Source of the DNA: Pseudomonadota bacterium
GTDB lineage: Bacteria > Pseudomonadota > Gammaproteobacteria > Burkholderiales > JAKAFK01
DNA length: 64,000 nt
Assembly (NCBI GenBank): GCA_021817985.1
Contig: JAKAFK010000009.1
Span: 17,507 to 81,506 of the forward strand
Direction of reading: 5' to 3'
In this document: piece by piece, positions 17,909 through 27,331 of the stretch
Position numbering within the stretch: the first letter of the stretch is position 1
Layout of the letters: each line of letters opens with the position of its first letter
Translations under genes and position numbers: made by a program
The notes under the pieces: generated by a model
Databases searched by the model: none
Seen by the model: only the letters and a program-made list of their open reading frames with translations
What the model was told of the DNA's origin: nothing

Positions 17909-20586
17909 GCCGGCAGCATCAGCCAGGGCATGGCCGGCAAGCCCACGGGGAGACTTCCCACGCCCTGTGGCAGCTCAGGGTGCGCGATCCAGGGCAAACG
18001 AAGCCGCACCGCGCCGACCTCGAGCGCCGCCGTGTCCCCGGCCGCGAGCCCTGCCCGCGCAGCGTCCTCCGGGCGAAGCGCAACATAGGGAGCGGGAATG
18101 CGTTCCCGTACGGCGGGCGAGCCCGCGCTTTGTTCCTCGCTGCCGAAGATATGCCAGGCGGGGACGAAGTAGAGCGCGTCGTCCCTCGGGACGAAGGCAG
18201 GCGGGATCTCCTGAAAGAATTCGGGGACCTGCTGCGCCGGTGCGATCAGGAGGAGCCCCGGGCCTTCCCCGCACAACGTCCCGCCGACCTCCCGCTGGAA
18301 GTGCGAGAGCGCTTGCACGGAGTTCCAGCCGGGCGCCCAGAACACCGGGATCGCCGGGCCGGGCGGCGATCCCTGATGTCCTTCCATCGAGAAGGTGAGC
18401 GGCGAGTCACAATCGGTGGGCGGTTGATGCTCATGGATATCGAGGTGCGCATGCACCGCCGTACGCCCGCTCGCGCGGTGGGGCTTGCGGGCAAGCTTGA
18501 GGCCGTGCCGGCGGTAGGTCGCCTCGGGCGCCGCTTGCGCGAGCCCATGAAAAACCGGCAGCGTCTCTTCGAGCGTGTGCAAGACATCGTCGAGCGCCGT
18601 CCACCTGTCGCATGGCTCGCGCCCGAGTCCGCGCCCGATATCCCGCAGCCACCGCCAGCTGGCCTGAATGTCGTCCGGTGGGCTGAAGACCTGAAAAAAC
18701 CGCTGTGCACGCCCTTCGTGATTGACCGTGGTCCCCGACTCTTCCGCAAAAGTGGCCGCCGGCAAGACATAGTCGGCCCGCTCGACACCCGCATGGCGCT
18801 TATGGTCGATCAGCACCGTCAGCCCAGCTTGAGCGAACACGCGATCGGCTGCCGCCTCCCCGATTCGCCGAGAAAGGTCATTCTCCAGCACGATGAGGGC
18901 GCAGGCCGGAAGCTTCTGCGTCGCTTGCTCCAGCGTGTGCAAAGACTCGCCGCCCATGAGCGCGAGACCCATGGTGTTGCGCTCCGGCATGCCGAGCGCG
19001 AGCTTGGCGGGCAGCCCAAGCGTCCTGAGCGCACCCACCAGGTGTGCGGCCGCATCCAGGAGTGCCGGGCATCCGAGGCTGCTTCCGGTGACGACCAGCG
19101 GGCGCGCCGCACCGGCGAGCGCGCGCGCCACCCGCTGTGAAAAACCTTCCATCGCAGAGGGGAATGTCTCGCCGCCAGCCTCTTCGCGACTGAGGCGCCG
19201 GCCGATGGCGAATCCCAGGCGCGCCATATCGTCGGGCGCGCCCCGCCAGCATTCGGTCGCCGCGTCATCGAGCCTTGTGGCGTCTACGGACGCGATGAAC
19301 AGCGGGCTCTTGAGGCCCGCGGCGGCCTGCCTCACCGCCAGATCCTGCCAGACCGGGATCCCGAGCGCCTTGGCTTTCGCAAAGGCGGCATGGCGCACCG
19401 CTTGGCGAGCCGCGAGGGCCATGCGTGGCGCGGTCTGGGTGATATCCTCGCCGAGCACCAGTATCGCGTCCGATGACTCGACTTCAGCGAGGGAAGCCAA
19501 GGGGGCGATGCCCCTGGCCACCGCCAGCATCGTGCGCGCACAGGCGTCCTCGACCGCCGACCATCCCAGGAAGAAGTTTTCCGGCTTGACCAGCGTGCGC
19601 AAGGCGAAATTCGCTTCGAGCGAAGCGCGGGGGCTCGCGATGCCGATGAGCGGCATGTTTCCGCCGAGGCGGGTGCACAGTTCCTGCAAGAGGGCGTCAG
19701 CGGGTGCGAGATTCAGCCGGCCGGCCGCATTCCTGAGCGAGGTCCTGCGCAGGCGCTCCGGCGCATTGACGAACGCATACCCGTAGCGGCCCCGATCGCA
19801 CAGGAAATAGCCGTTGATGTCGGCGGAGAACCGGTTCTGCACGCGCCGCAGGACTCCGTCATGCTCGGCCACGGTGGTGTGGCAGCCGAGGCCGCAATGG
19901 GGACACACCGAAGGCGCGCTTTGCAGGTCCCATTTTCGTGTGTAGTGCGCCTTCAGCGTCTTATCCGTAAAGACGCCCGTGGGGCAGACCTCCACCAAAT
20001 TGCCGCTGAACTCGTTCTCGAGCACGCCGTCTGCCGCGCGCCCGAAGTAGACGTGGTCGCGCGAGCCGAAAACACCGAAATCGGTCCCGCCGGCGTAGTC
20101 GTTGTAGAATCGCACGCATCGGTAGCACTGGATGCAGCGGTTCATCTCATGGTTGACGAAGGGCCCGAGATGCTGATTGTCGAAGGTGCGCTTGGGGAAA
20201 CGGTAGCGCCGATGAACGTGTCCGGTCATGACCGTCATGTCCTGGAGATGGCATTCCCCCCCCTCGTCGCATACCGGACAGTCATGCGGATGGTGCGCCA
20301 TCATCCACTCGATGACGCGCGCCCGGAAGTCCCGCGCCTGCTCATCGACGAGGGAGATGCGTGTCCCGTCGTCGGCCGGCGTCATGCACGCCATGACGAT
20401 GACGCCCTGGTGGTCGCCTTCGTCGCGGAAAAGCTTCACCGCACACTGTCGGCAGGCGCCCACCGAGCCCAGGGCCGGATGCCAGCAGAAATAGGGCAGG
20501 TCGAGCCCCAAGGACAGGCATTCGTGGAGCAGGTTTTGCGTGGGATCGACGCTGAAGGCCTGGCCATCGACGTAAAGGGTCGCCAT
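17878..20586 (-). CDS. nuoG: NADH-quinone oxidoreductase subunit G (long form)
   Basis: Uses frame 17878..20688. Start placed at ATG 20586 ([13 protein letters not shown]...), one nt after the nuoF stop. Carries the Cys clusters [27 protein letters not shown] and [10 protein letters not shown], then a molybdopterin-oxidoreductase-like region. About 900 aa. Confidence 0.95.
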   Translation of the reverse strand: MATLYVDGQAFSVDPTQNLLHECLSLGLDLPYFCWHPALGSVGACRQCAVKLFRDEGDHQGVIVMACMTPADDGTRISLVDEQARDFRARVIEWMMAHHPHDCPVCDEGGECHLQDMTVMTGHVHRRYRFPKRTFDNQHLGPFVNHEMNRCIQCYRCVRFYNDYAGGTDFGVFGSRDHVYFGRAADGVLENEFSGNLVEVCPTGVFTDKTLKAHYTRKWDLQSAPSVCPHCGLGCHTTVAEHDGVLRRVQNRFSADINGYFLCDRGRYGYAFVNAPERLRRTSLRNAAGRLNLAPADALLQELCTRLGGNMPLIGIASPRASLEANFALRTLVKPENFFLGWSAVEDACARTMLAVARGIAPLASLAEVESSDAILVLGEDITQTAPRMALAARQAVRHAAFAKAKALGIPVWQDLAVRQAAAGLKSPLFIASVDATRLDDAATECWRGAPDDMARLGFAIGRRLSREEAGGETFPSAMEGFSQRVARALAGAARPLVVTGSSLGCPALLDAAAHLVGALRTLGLPAKLALGMPERNTMGLALMGGESLHTLEQATQKLPACALIVLENDLSRRIGEAAADRVFAQAGLTVLIDHKRHAGVERADYVLPAATFAEESGTTVNHEGRAQRFFQVFSPPDDIQASWRWLRDIGRGLGREPCDRWTALDDVLHTLEETLPVFHGLAQAAPEATYRRHGLKLARKPHRASGRTAVHAHLDIHEHQPPTDCDSPLTFSMEGHQGSPPGPAIPVFWAPGWNSVQALSHFQREVGGTLCGEGPGLLLIAPAQQVPEFFQEIPPAFVPRDDALYFVPAWHIFGSEEQSAGSPAVRERIPAPYVALRPEDAARAGLAAGDTAALEVGAVRLRLPWIAHPELPQGVGSLPVGLPAMPWLMLPAWGAVAKASR

Positions 20587-20587
20587 G

Positions 20588-21862
20588 TCATGCCCTCCAC
20601 GGGCAGCGGCGCAAGGACACGTGGCGCATGAAGTCGTCCCGAAAAAGGTCGAGCCCGGAGGCCAGCGATTCCATCGCCCCTGGCGCAAGCCCGCAGAACG
20701 TGTAGCCCTTGGTGAGGTGGTCCGCCTGCGTGCGCAGGAGATCGAAATCGTCCTCGGTGGCTTGGCCCGCCTCGAACCGGTGCAGCAGCGATGCCACCCA
20801 ATGCAGCCCCGACCAGCACGGGGTGCACCATCCGCAGGATTCCTGCGCGAAGAACCGTTGCAGGCTCAAAAGCATGCCCACCGGACAGGTCTGGTCGTCG
20901 AGCACGATCACGGTGCCCGTGCCGAGGCGGCTGCCGACCGACTGCACGCCATGCCAGTCCATGGCGACATCGAGCCCCGCCTCGCCCACGAAGGCGGTGG
21001 ATGCACCGCCCGGCAGGCAGGCGCGGAAGGCCACCCCGTCCCGCATGCCGCCCGCGTGTTCCTCGATGATCGCGCGAAGCGTCGTCCCCAGCGGCAGCTC
21101 CCACGCCCCGGGGCGTTTCACCTTCCCGCTCGCGCCATAGATCTTGGTGCCGACGGCGTCCCCAAGCCCCAGGCTCTTGTACCACGCCGCGCCGTTGTTC
21201 ACGATGTGCGGGACGTTGCACAACGTCTCGACGTTGTTCACGACGGTCGGCTTTCCCCACAGGCCGCTCACCGCCGTGCGCACCGCCTTCGCCCGGGGAA
21301 TGGCCCGGCCCCCTTCCAGGGCATTGAGCAGCGCGCTCGCCTCGCCGCACATATAGCGGCCCGCGCTCGAATGCACATGCAGCTCCAGCCCATAGCCCGA
21401 CCCCAGGATGCCGGGCCCGAGCAAGCCCGCCGCATAGGCTTCGCGGATCGCCGCGCCGAGGCGCTGCCGCGCCAGCGTGTACTCGCCCCGCAGGAAGATG
21501 TAGGCATGATCCGCCTGAATCGCAAAGCCGCTCACGATGACGGCTTCCACCATCTGATGCGGGTCGCCCTCCAGCAGGAGCCGATCCTTGAAGCTCCCCG
21601 GCTCCATTTCGTCGGCATTGACGACGAGATATTTGGGATGCGGCGCATCAGCCCCCATGGGCACCGCACTCCACTTGACCCCGGTCGGGAATCCCGCCCC
21701 CCCGCAGCCTCGCAGGCCAGCCTCCTTGACCGCCTGCGTGATCGCTTCCGGCGACTGGGCCAGGGCCTTGCGCACGGCCTCATAGCCGCCGACGCGCCGG
21801 TAGGCTTCGAGCGCCAGGGGCGGCTCGTCGGGGCGGATGTTGCGCGTGAGCGGCCGTTCCAT
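20588..21862 (-). CDS. nuoF: NADH-quinone oxidoreductase subunit F
   Basis: 424 aa with the NADH/FMN-site motifs GCGGAGFPTGVKW and EMEPGSFKDR, and the 4Fe-4S motif ESCGWCTPC. Confidence 0.95.
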   Translation of the reverse strand: MERPLTRNIRPDEPPLALEAYRRVGGYEAVRKALAQSPEAITQAVKEAGLRGCGGAGFPTGVKWSAVPMGADAPHPKYLVVNADEMEPGSFKDRLLLEGDPHQMVEAVIVSGFAIQADHAYIFLRGEYTLARQRLGAAIREAYAAGLLGPGILGSGYGLELHVHSSAGRYMCGEASALLNALEGGRAIPRAKAVRTAVSGLWGKPTVVNNVETLCNVPHIVNNGAAWYKSLGLGDAVGTKIYGASGKVKRPGAWELPLGTTLRAIIEEHAGGMRDGVAFRACLPGGASTAFVGEAGLDVAMDWHGVQSVGSRLGTGTVIVLDDQTCPVGMLLSLQRFFAQESCGWCTPCWSGLHWVASLLHRFEAGQATEDDFDLLRTQADHLTKGYTFCGLAPGAMESLASGLDLFRDDFMRHVSLRRCPWRA

Positions 21863-21865
21863 CGC

Positions 21866-22330
21866 TTATCCCCCTTTTCCCAGCAGATCCGGGAGGGTCT
21901 CCGCCGTCACATCCCGGTGCAGTGTCTCGCCGATCATGAGCACGGGCGCGAAGTCGCAGGCCCCCAGGCAAGGGGCGGTGAGCAGGGTATAGCGGCCGTC
22001 CGGGCTGGTGCCCCCCACGTCGGTCTCCAAGTGGGCGCGCAGCCGGTCGAGAAGCCTCTCGCATCCCATGATCCAGCAGCTCACGCTGTCGCACACGAGG
22101 ATCACCCGCGCGCCGACCGGGTGCCGGAAAATCAGGTTGTAGAAGGTTGCGACGCCCTCCACATGCGAGAGCGGGAGTCCAAGATAGTCTGCAACCTCCT
22201 GGAGCGCCTGATCCGACACATAGCCCCGATGGCCCTGCACGATCCGCAGGGCGTCGATGCACAGGGCCTTGCGCGTCGCATAGTTGGGGGCCTCCCGCTC
22301 GATGTCTCGGCGTTCTTCCTCGCTCAGCAT
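21866..22330 (-). CDS. nuoE: NADH-quinone oxidoreductase subunit E
   Basis: 154 aa. Thioredoxin-like 2Fe-2S motifs VCDSVSC and CLGACDFAP. Confidence 0.95.
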   Translation of the reverse strand: MLSEEERRDIEREAPNYATRKALCIDALRIVQGHRGYVSDQALQEVADYLGLPLSHVEGVATFYNLIFRHPVGARVILVCDSVSCWIMGCERLLDRLRAHLETDVGGTSPDGRYTLLTAPCLGACDFAPVLMIGETLHRDVTAETLPDLLGKGG

Positions 22331-22339
22331 GGCGGCTCC

Positions 22340-24109
22340 CTATCGGTCCACATCGGCCATGACAAAATCGATGCTGCCCAGGATGGCGATCAGATCGGCG
22401 ATCATGAGTCCTCGGCTGATGAGGGGAATCATCTGCAGGTGCGCGAAAGTGGGCGTGCGAATGCGCGCTCGATAGGCCATGGTGCCGCCGTCGCTAATCA
22501 AATAATAGCCGTTGGCGCCCTTGGTCGCTTCCACGTTGGCGAAGGCCTCCCCCGGCGGGATCACCGGCCCCCAGCTCACGCCAAGAAAATGGTCGATCAA
22601 GGTTTCGATGTCGTGCAGCATCCGTTCTCTCGGGGGAGGCGTCGTCAGCGGGTGGCGCGCCTTGTAATCGCCCGCGGGCATGTGGGCCAGGCACTGCTCG
22701 ATGATGCGCAGGCTCTCGCGCATTTCCTGCACCCGGACGAGGCAGCGGTCGTAGGCATCGCCGTGGGTGGCCACCGGAACATCGAACTCGAACTGCTCGT
22801 AGCCGCTGTAAGGGCGCGCCTTCCGGAAATCCCAGGCAAAGCCGCAGGCGCGCAACCCCGGGCCGGTCACGCCCCATTCGATAGCCTCCTCCAGGCTGTA
22901 GCGGCCCACGCCTTGTGTGCGCTTCTTGAGGATCGCGTTGCGCATCACCATGCGATCGTAGTGATCGAGGCGCGGCTTGAAGTAGCGGACGAACTCCGCC
23001 ACCAGCCGATCCCAGCCCTGGGGGAGATCCTGCGCGACGCCGCCGATGCGAAACCACCCGGGATGCATGCGTCCGCCGCAGATCGCCTCGACGATGTCGA
23101 ACACGCGCTCGCGATCCGAGAACATGAAGAACACCGGCGACAGGGCGCCGACATCCTGCGCGAAGGTGCCATAAAACACGAGATGGCTCGCGATGCGGAA
23201 GAACTCCGCCATCATCACGCGGATCACCTGCACGCGCGCCGGCAGCTGGATGCCGGCGAGTTTCTCGACAGCCAGCACATAGGGCAGGTTGTTCATCACG
23301 CCGCCGAGGTAATCGACGCGGTCGGTGTAGGGGATGAACGAGTGCCAGGATTGGCGTTCGGCCATCTTCTCGGCGCCGCGATGGTGGTACCCGATGTCCG
23401 GCACGCAGTCGACGATCTCCTCGCCGTCGAGTTCGAGCACGATGCGGAAGACGCCGTGCACGCTCGGATGGTTGGGGCCCAGGTTGAGGAACATGAACTC
23501 GCTGCGCCCCGAGGCAGGCCGCATGCCCCAGTCCTCGGGCCGGAACTTGAGCGCGGCCTGCTCGGCGTCTTCTCGCTCAGGCGGGAGGCGGTATTCGGCC
23601 ATCTCCGTGGCGCGTGCAGGATGCTCCTTGCGCAGCGGATGCCCGACCCAGGTCGGGGGCATCAGGAGGCGGACGAGGTGCGGGTGCCCCGGAAACCCGA
23701 TGCCGAACATGTCCCAGACCTCTCGCTCATACCAGTTGGCGGCAGGCCACAGGTCGGTCACGGTCTCGAGGCTCGGACGATCGCCCTGCAGAGGCACCTT
23801 GATGCGCAAATCGGCGTTGCGCTCGAAGGAAAGCAGATGGTAGACAAGCGTGAAGTCGGCCGGCGGGTCGGCGTCCGGATGGACGCGCTCACGCTCGTCG
23901 ATGGCGGTGAGGTCGTAGAGCATCGGGTAGGGGCGTGCCATGCCGCACTTGGCGAAGCGCAGCACAGGCTTCACCCGATTCGCGTCGACCCGGAAGGTGG
24001 GCACCTCGTCGCGCGTGGCCTGCGGCCGTGCGACGCCGGGTCCGAACTCGGCCTCGAATTGGGCCTGGATCCCGTCGTCACGATCCACCGGGCTCTCCGG
24101 GGCGCGCAT
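22340..24109 (-). CDS. nuoCD: fused NADH-quinone oxidoreductase subunits C and D
   Basis: 589 aa. The N-terminal 30-kDa module ([17 protein letters not shown]...[20 protein letters not shown]) is joined in-frame to the 49-kDa module ([26 protein letters not shown]...), as in E. coli. Confidence 0.95.
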   Translation of the reverse strand: MRAPESPVDRDDGIQAQFEAEFGPGVARPQATRDEVPTFRVDANRVKPVLRFAKCGMARPYPMLYDLTAIDERERVHPDADPPADFTLVYHLLSFERNADLRIKVPLQGDRPSLETVTDLWPAANWYEREVWDMFGIGFPGHPHLVRLLMPPTWVGHPLRKEHPARATEMAEYRLPPEREDAEQAALKFRPEDWGMRPASGRSEFMFLNLGPNHPSVHGVFRIVLELDGEEIVDCVPDIGYHHRGAEKMAERQSWHSFIPYTDRVDYLGGVMNNLPYVLAVEKLAGIQLPARVQVIRVMMAEFFRIASHLVFYGTFAQDVGALSPVFFMFSDRERVFDIVEAICGGRMHPGWFRIGGVAQDLPQGWDRLVAEFVRYFKPRLDHYDRMVMRNAILKKRTQGVGRYSLEEAIEWGVTGPGLRACGFAWDFRKARPYSGYEQFEFDVPVATHGDAYDRCLVRVQEMRESLRIIEQCLAHMPAGDYKARHPLTTPPPRERMLHDIETLIDHFLGVSWGPVIPPGEAFANVEATKGANGYYLISDGGTMAYRARIRTPTFAHLQMIPLISRGLMIADLIAILGSIDFVMADVDR

Positions 24110-24749
24110 ACCCTTCGACCTGATCGACCGGCGCCAGCTCGCTGACGCCCCGACGCGCCTCGCTCTTGAGATCGCGCATGCTCGGCAGGGGCGCGCGCGC
24201 GATCCCCTGTGGGCCGACGACCCAGCTTAAGGGTCGCTTCTCCCGCCCAATCGCCTGCTGCAGAAGGGTGAGCCCTTCCAGGAACGCATCGGGTCGGGGC
24301 GGGCATCCCGGGACGTAGACGTCCACCGGCAACAACCTGTCCACGCCCTGGACCACGCTGTAGATGTCGTACATGCCCCCCGAGTTGGCGCATGAGCCCA
24401 TCGAAATCACCCAGCGCGGTTCCATCATCTGCTCGTACAGGCGCTGCAAGACCGGCGCCATTTTGATGAACACGGTGCCGGATATGACGATGAGATCCGC
24501 TTGGCGCGGGCTGGCGCGGATCACTTCGGCCCCGAACCGGGCAATGTCGTACCGGCTGGTAAATGCTGTCGCCATCTCGACGTAGCAGCAGGACAGGCCG
24601 AAATTGAAGGGCCAGATGGAATTCTTCCGTCCCCAGGCGACCAGATCGTCAAGCCGCGCGAGCAGGACGTTGCGCGAAAGCTCGTCGTCCATTGCCGCAC
24701 GCCCGGTGCCTGCCGGCTCTATCGTGATCGAGCGCTTCCACCACCGCAT
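24078..24749 (-). CDS. nuoB: NADH-quinone oxidoreductase subunit B
   Basis: 223 aa with the N2-cluster motifs [18 protein letters not shown] and VPGCPPRP. Overlaps the nuoCD start by 32 nt. Confidence 0.95.
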   Translation of the reverse strand: MRWWKRSITIEPAGTGRAAMDDELSRNVLLARLDDLVAWGRKNSIWPFNFGLSCCYVEMATAFTSRYDIARFGAEVIRASPRQADLIVISGTVFIKMAPVLQRLYEQMMEPRWVISMGSCANSGGMYDIYSVVQGVDRLLPVDVYVPGCPPRPDAFLEGLTLLQQAIGREKRPLSWVVGPQGIARAPLPSMRDLKSEARRGVSELAPVDQVEGYARPGEPGGS

Positions 24750-24758
24750 GTCACCCTC

Positions 24759-25214
24759 CTAACGCGCGCGCGTGCCCCTCGGCCCCCACTCCAGCGCACC
24801 CGCCCGCCAAAGATAGCCCAGGGCGAGTGCCAGCAGCACGATGAAGACCAGCGCTTCCCAATACCCCGACCAACCGCTTGCGCGTGCCGCCACGGCGTAG
24901 GCCAGCAGGAAGACGGTTTCGAGGTCGAAGATCACGAAGAACGTGGCGATGAGATAGAACTTGGCGGGAAAGCGGAAGCGCGCCTCGCCAAGAGGCACGA
25001 TGCCCGATTCGAAGATTTCATGGGTGGCACGGCCATGCGTGCGCGGCCCGAGGAGCGCCGATAGCGCCAGCAACCCCGCCACGAGCAGCAACGCCGCTCC
25101 GCCATAGACGACAAGCGGCCAGAGAGCCTCTAATGAATCCGCATGGACATTCACGCTCGTTGCCTCGAGAGAATTCAAGGAGAGCACGCGCAACACCCCG
25201 GGAGGGGGCGACAA
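24759..25214 (-). CDS. nuoA: NADH-quinone oxidoreductase subunit A
   Basis: ND3-like (FESGIVPLGEARFRFPAKFYLIATFFVIFDLETVFL). The track start 25214 gives 151 aa. An internal GTG (VNVHADSLEALWPL..., about 25154) is also possible. Confidence 0.9.
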   Translation of the reverse strand: MSPPPGVLRVLSLNSLEATSVNVHADSLEALWPLVVYGGAALLLVAGLLALSALLGPRTHGRATHEIFESGIVPLGEARFRFPAKFYLIATFFVIFDLETVFLLAYAVAARASGWSGYWEALVFIVLLALALGYLWRAGALEWGPRGTRAR

Positions 25215-25272
25215 AGATTTTTCTCAGTATAGGACGGCGGGCGGCGCGCTCGCGCGCAACCGGAATGCGTCG

Positions 25273-25629
25273 CTAAGCCGACACGCCGGGCAGGACAGGG
25301 TACTCTTCGCCCGCCAGCCAGACGTGGGTGGGAGGAAGGAACAGCGTCGAGGTGACAAGATCAACCGCTTCGCCAAGGTTTTGCGGGGTCTTGCCGTCCC
25401 ATAGAAAGACGACGCCGTCGGCAATTTCCTCGTATTCGCGGTCGGCCTGCGTCCATTGTTCGTTGGCGTAAGGCCGGAAATCCGGATATTTATGAAAGAA
25501 CGCTTCGAATCGCTGGCGTGATACCGCTTCGTCCTCCACGATGCCGAGCTCCGAATAGTAACGGGCATAGGTGGCATCGCGGACATGAACCGCAAACCGA
25601 AACATAAAGTTCGTCCCCCTGATGGCCAT
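25273..25629 (-). CDS. hypothetical protein immediately upstream of nuoA
   Basis: Balanced, aromatic-rich composition (FRFAVHVRDATYARYYSELGIVEDE...FFHKYPDFRPYANEQWTQADREYEE...). The second ATG at 25605 has AGGGGGA about 8 nt upstream and may be the true start. Lies 58 nt from nuoA on the same strand. No family recognised. Confidence 0.55.
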   Translation of the reverse strand: MAIRGTNFMFRFAVHVRDATYARYYSELGIVEDEAVSRQRFEAFFHKYPDFRPYANEQWTQADREYEEIADGVVFLWDGKTPQNLGEAVDLVTSTLFLPPTHVWLAGEEYPVLPGVSA

Positions 25630-25639
25630 CCCAAAGTAG

Positions 25640-25790
25640 GCACCTCGCCGCCGGACATCCCAGCACGCGCCGGAGCATAGCCTTTATTCCTTAACGTTCT
25701 GTTTTTTTGATAGGTCAATGTCGCGCAAATTGCAATAAATTTTTTTTCATTTGCCTTTTGAGCGGCGTGATATCAGGATCTCAAGACCTT
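25640..25790. promoter_or_regulatory. AT-rich divergent intergenic (promoter) region
   Basis: The strongest AT-rich island in the window. It has T7 (25702-25708) and T8 (25740-25747) runs and two small palindromes, TTGA-TAGG-TCAA (25707-25718) and GCAA-A-TTGC (about 25724-25733). It lies between the minus-strand nuo-proximal ORF and the plus-strand ORF at 25908. Confidence 0.35.
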
Positions 25791-25907
25791 CGTGTCGATG
25801 ACGCCTTGCGACCGGGCTCCAACCGGTCTACGGTGAAGGATATAGGTTGCGCAAGCGGCCTCTTCTTCGGGGATGGCGTCCCTTCGAAGCGAGTCCGGAG
25901 GAAAATC

Positions 25908-26423
25908 ATGGAACGGATGCGTGCATCCACCGTAGGCATGTGGCTTGCCGCCCTGCTGGCGGTCACGCCGTTCTCAACCCTGGCACAGCAGGCAGGCCCT
26001 CGCCCGGCGCCAGGGCCCTCGCGGGCCGCCCTCGCACCCCAGGCGGCGCGGCGCCTCGTCACCGTCTGGCTCACCGCCATCCTCGCACGCTCGGGGAATG
26101 TCCCGGGCCCTCTCATGTCCGCGCGCGCGCGCGCACTCGCCCGCGCCCAGCGGGCTCAGTCGCTGCACGCACGTTACGTGAACACCCGGCGCACCCGGCC
26201 GCCGTTCCGCGAAAACACCCCCACGGTGGTGGCATGGCAATTGGGGAAAGCTCCACCCAGACTGAGGGCTCGCCGCGCCTGCGTCGCCGCGAACGCGTGT
26301 CCCGGCTTCTGGTCGAGCGCGCCCTTGGCCCTTCGGGCCGGGGCTGCGCATGCCCCCCGGCAAGGCCGCGTCGCCCCGCCGTGGGCCTGCCACGATCAGG
26401 CATTCCTGTGTTCCGGATTCTGA
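25908..26423 (+). CDS. putative secreted Ala/Arg/Pro-rich protein (uncertain)
   Basis: GGAGGA (25897-25902) lies 5 nt before ATG 25908. Sec-like signal MERMRASTVGMWLAALLAVTPFSTLAQQ. Third codon positions are mostly G/C. The rest is low-complexity (ARARALARAQRAQ) and could be partly spurious. Confidence 0.4.
   Translation: MERMRASTVGMWLAALLAVTPFSTLAQQAGPRPAPGPSRAALAPQAARRLVTVWLTAILARSGNVPGPLMSARARALARAQRAQSLHARYVNTRRTRPPFRENTPTVVAWQLGKAPPRLRARRACVAANACPGFWSSAPLALRAGAAHAPRQGRVAPPWACHDQAFLCSGF
26120..26134. repeat. (CG)7 dinucleotide microsatellite
   Basis: Read directly as cgcgcgcgcgcgcgc. It lies inside the putative ORF 25908..26423. Confidence 0.9.
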
Positions 26424-26728
26424 TGCCCCGCTCGAGGCGACTTCCATAGCGATGCGCCCGCCCCGCGGGGCGCAGGGCATCGTCCTTGCAAGCCAAGGGA
26501 TTTCTGCTAGATTCAAGACCATGCCTCGAAAGATTTCGCGAGGCCGGTCATTTGGTCCGCATGCGGGTAAAAACAACAACCCGTGACCCATAGGGCCCTT
26601 TGCCGAGACCACGGCGAGGGCCTATGCGGCCTCCTCGTCACCCTGTGCGACCCGTGATCCGGGCCGAATGTCTCGCTTGCCGATGCGACCGCCAAGGCAA
26701 GTGGATTGGGATCCATGCGGAGGGGGAT

Positions 26729-27136
26729 ATGGAACAGTCCGTCGATTTCGGTTCATTGCTGTCGGGCCTGCAATGCATGCCCGAGCGCGACAAGATCATC
26801 TTTTCTGCCCTGATGGAGCGGCAACTGCGGCTCAAGACCCCGGAAGCGGCCAAGGTCGAGCGCCTTTTGGGGCGCATGACGATTGACGCGGCCCGCGGCG
26901 TGGGGGCGGACTCGGCGAAGCCGGATGCTGGTTTGCCTGCCGCCCGATGCGCGCCCACGGAGACGGTGGAGGAAACCGCCAGCGCGCCCGCCATAGGGCT
27001 GGTGGCCGAGCCAGAACGATTCGGCCACGGAGGTTATCCGCCTTTCCGGTCGCGTTTCCGGTTGGTCTTCAAGCCCCTCGTTCAGGGATTGGCAGGCTGC
27101 TCGCTGGTGCACACGCATCGGGTCCGGCAGGCCTGA
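26729..27136 (+). CDS. hypothetical protein
   Basis: GGAGGGGG lies just upstream of ATG 26729. The first 50 or so codons (MEQSVDFGSLLSGLQCMPERDKIIFSALMERQLRLKTPEAAKVERLLGRM...) look like genuine coding sequence. No family recognised. Confidence 0.4.
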   Translation: MEQSVDFGSLLSGLQCMPERDKIIFSALMERQLRLKTPEAAKVERLLGRMTIDAARGVGADSAKPDAGLPAARCAPTETVEETASAPAIGLVAEPERFGHGGYPPFRSRFRLVFKPLVQGLAGCSLVHTHRVRQA

Positions 27137-27331
27137 GGCGGGATATGCCCATGGTGCGCAGAACAGCGCCAAGCCTGTGCAGCGCGCCGAGCCGGGCGTA
27201 GCCTACGGCCTCCCGCGCGGCAGAAACCTCGTGATGCGATTCAAGCCGGTTCGAAGCCCGATGGGCCACGAACCCGGCGTCTGCCTGCCCGCCGGACGCA
27301 CCGTGCCCGGCCGGCGAAGGACAGCAGGCCG

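Noticed and set aside
20585-24145. Very long plus-strand ORF (1186 aa) spanning the nuoF/E/CD region
   Set aside because: It is antisense to ORFs with unmistakable NuoF, NuoE and NuoCD motifs. Its translation is Arg/Ala/Gly/His/Pro-rich low-complexity sequence with no motif. Long antisense ORFs are expected in DNA this GC-rich because stop codons are AT-rich.
25707-25718. TTGA-TAGG-TCAA palindrome as a possible FNR/CRP-family box
   Set aside because: FNR/Dnr/CRP-type sites have TTGA-N6-TCAA spacing. This palindrome has N4, so it does not fit. It is kept only as part of the AT-rich promoter region.
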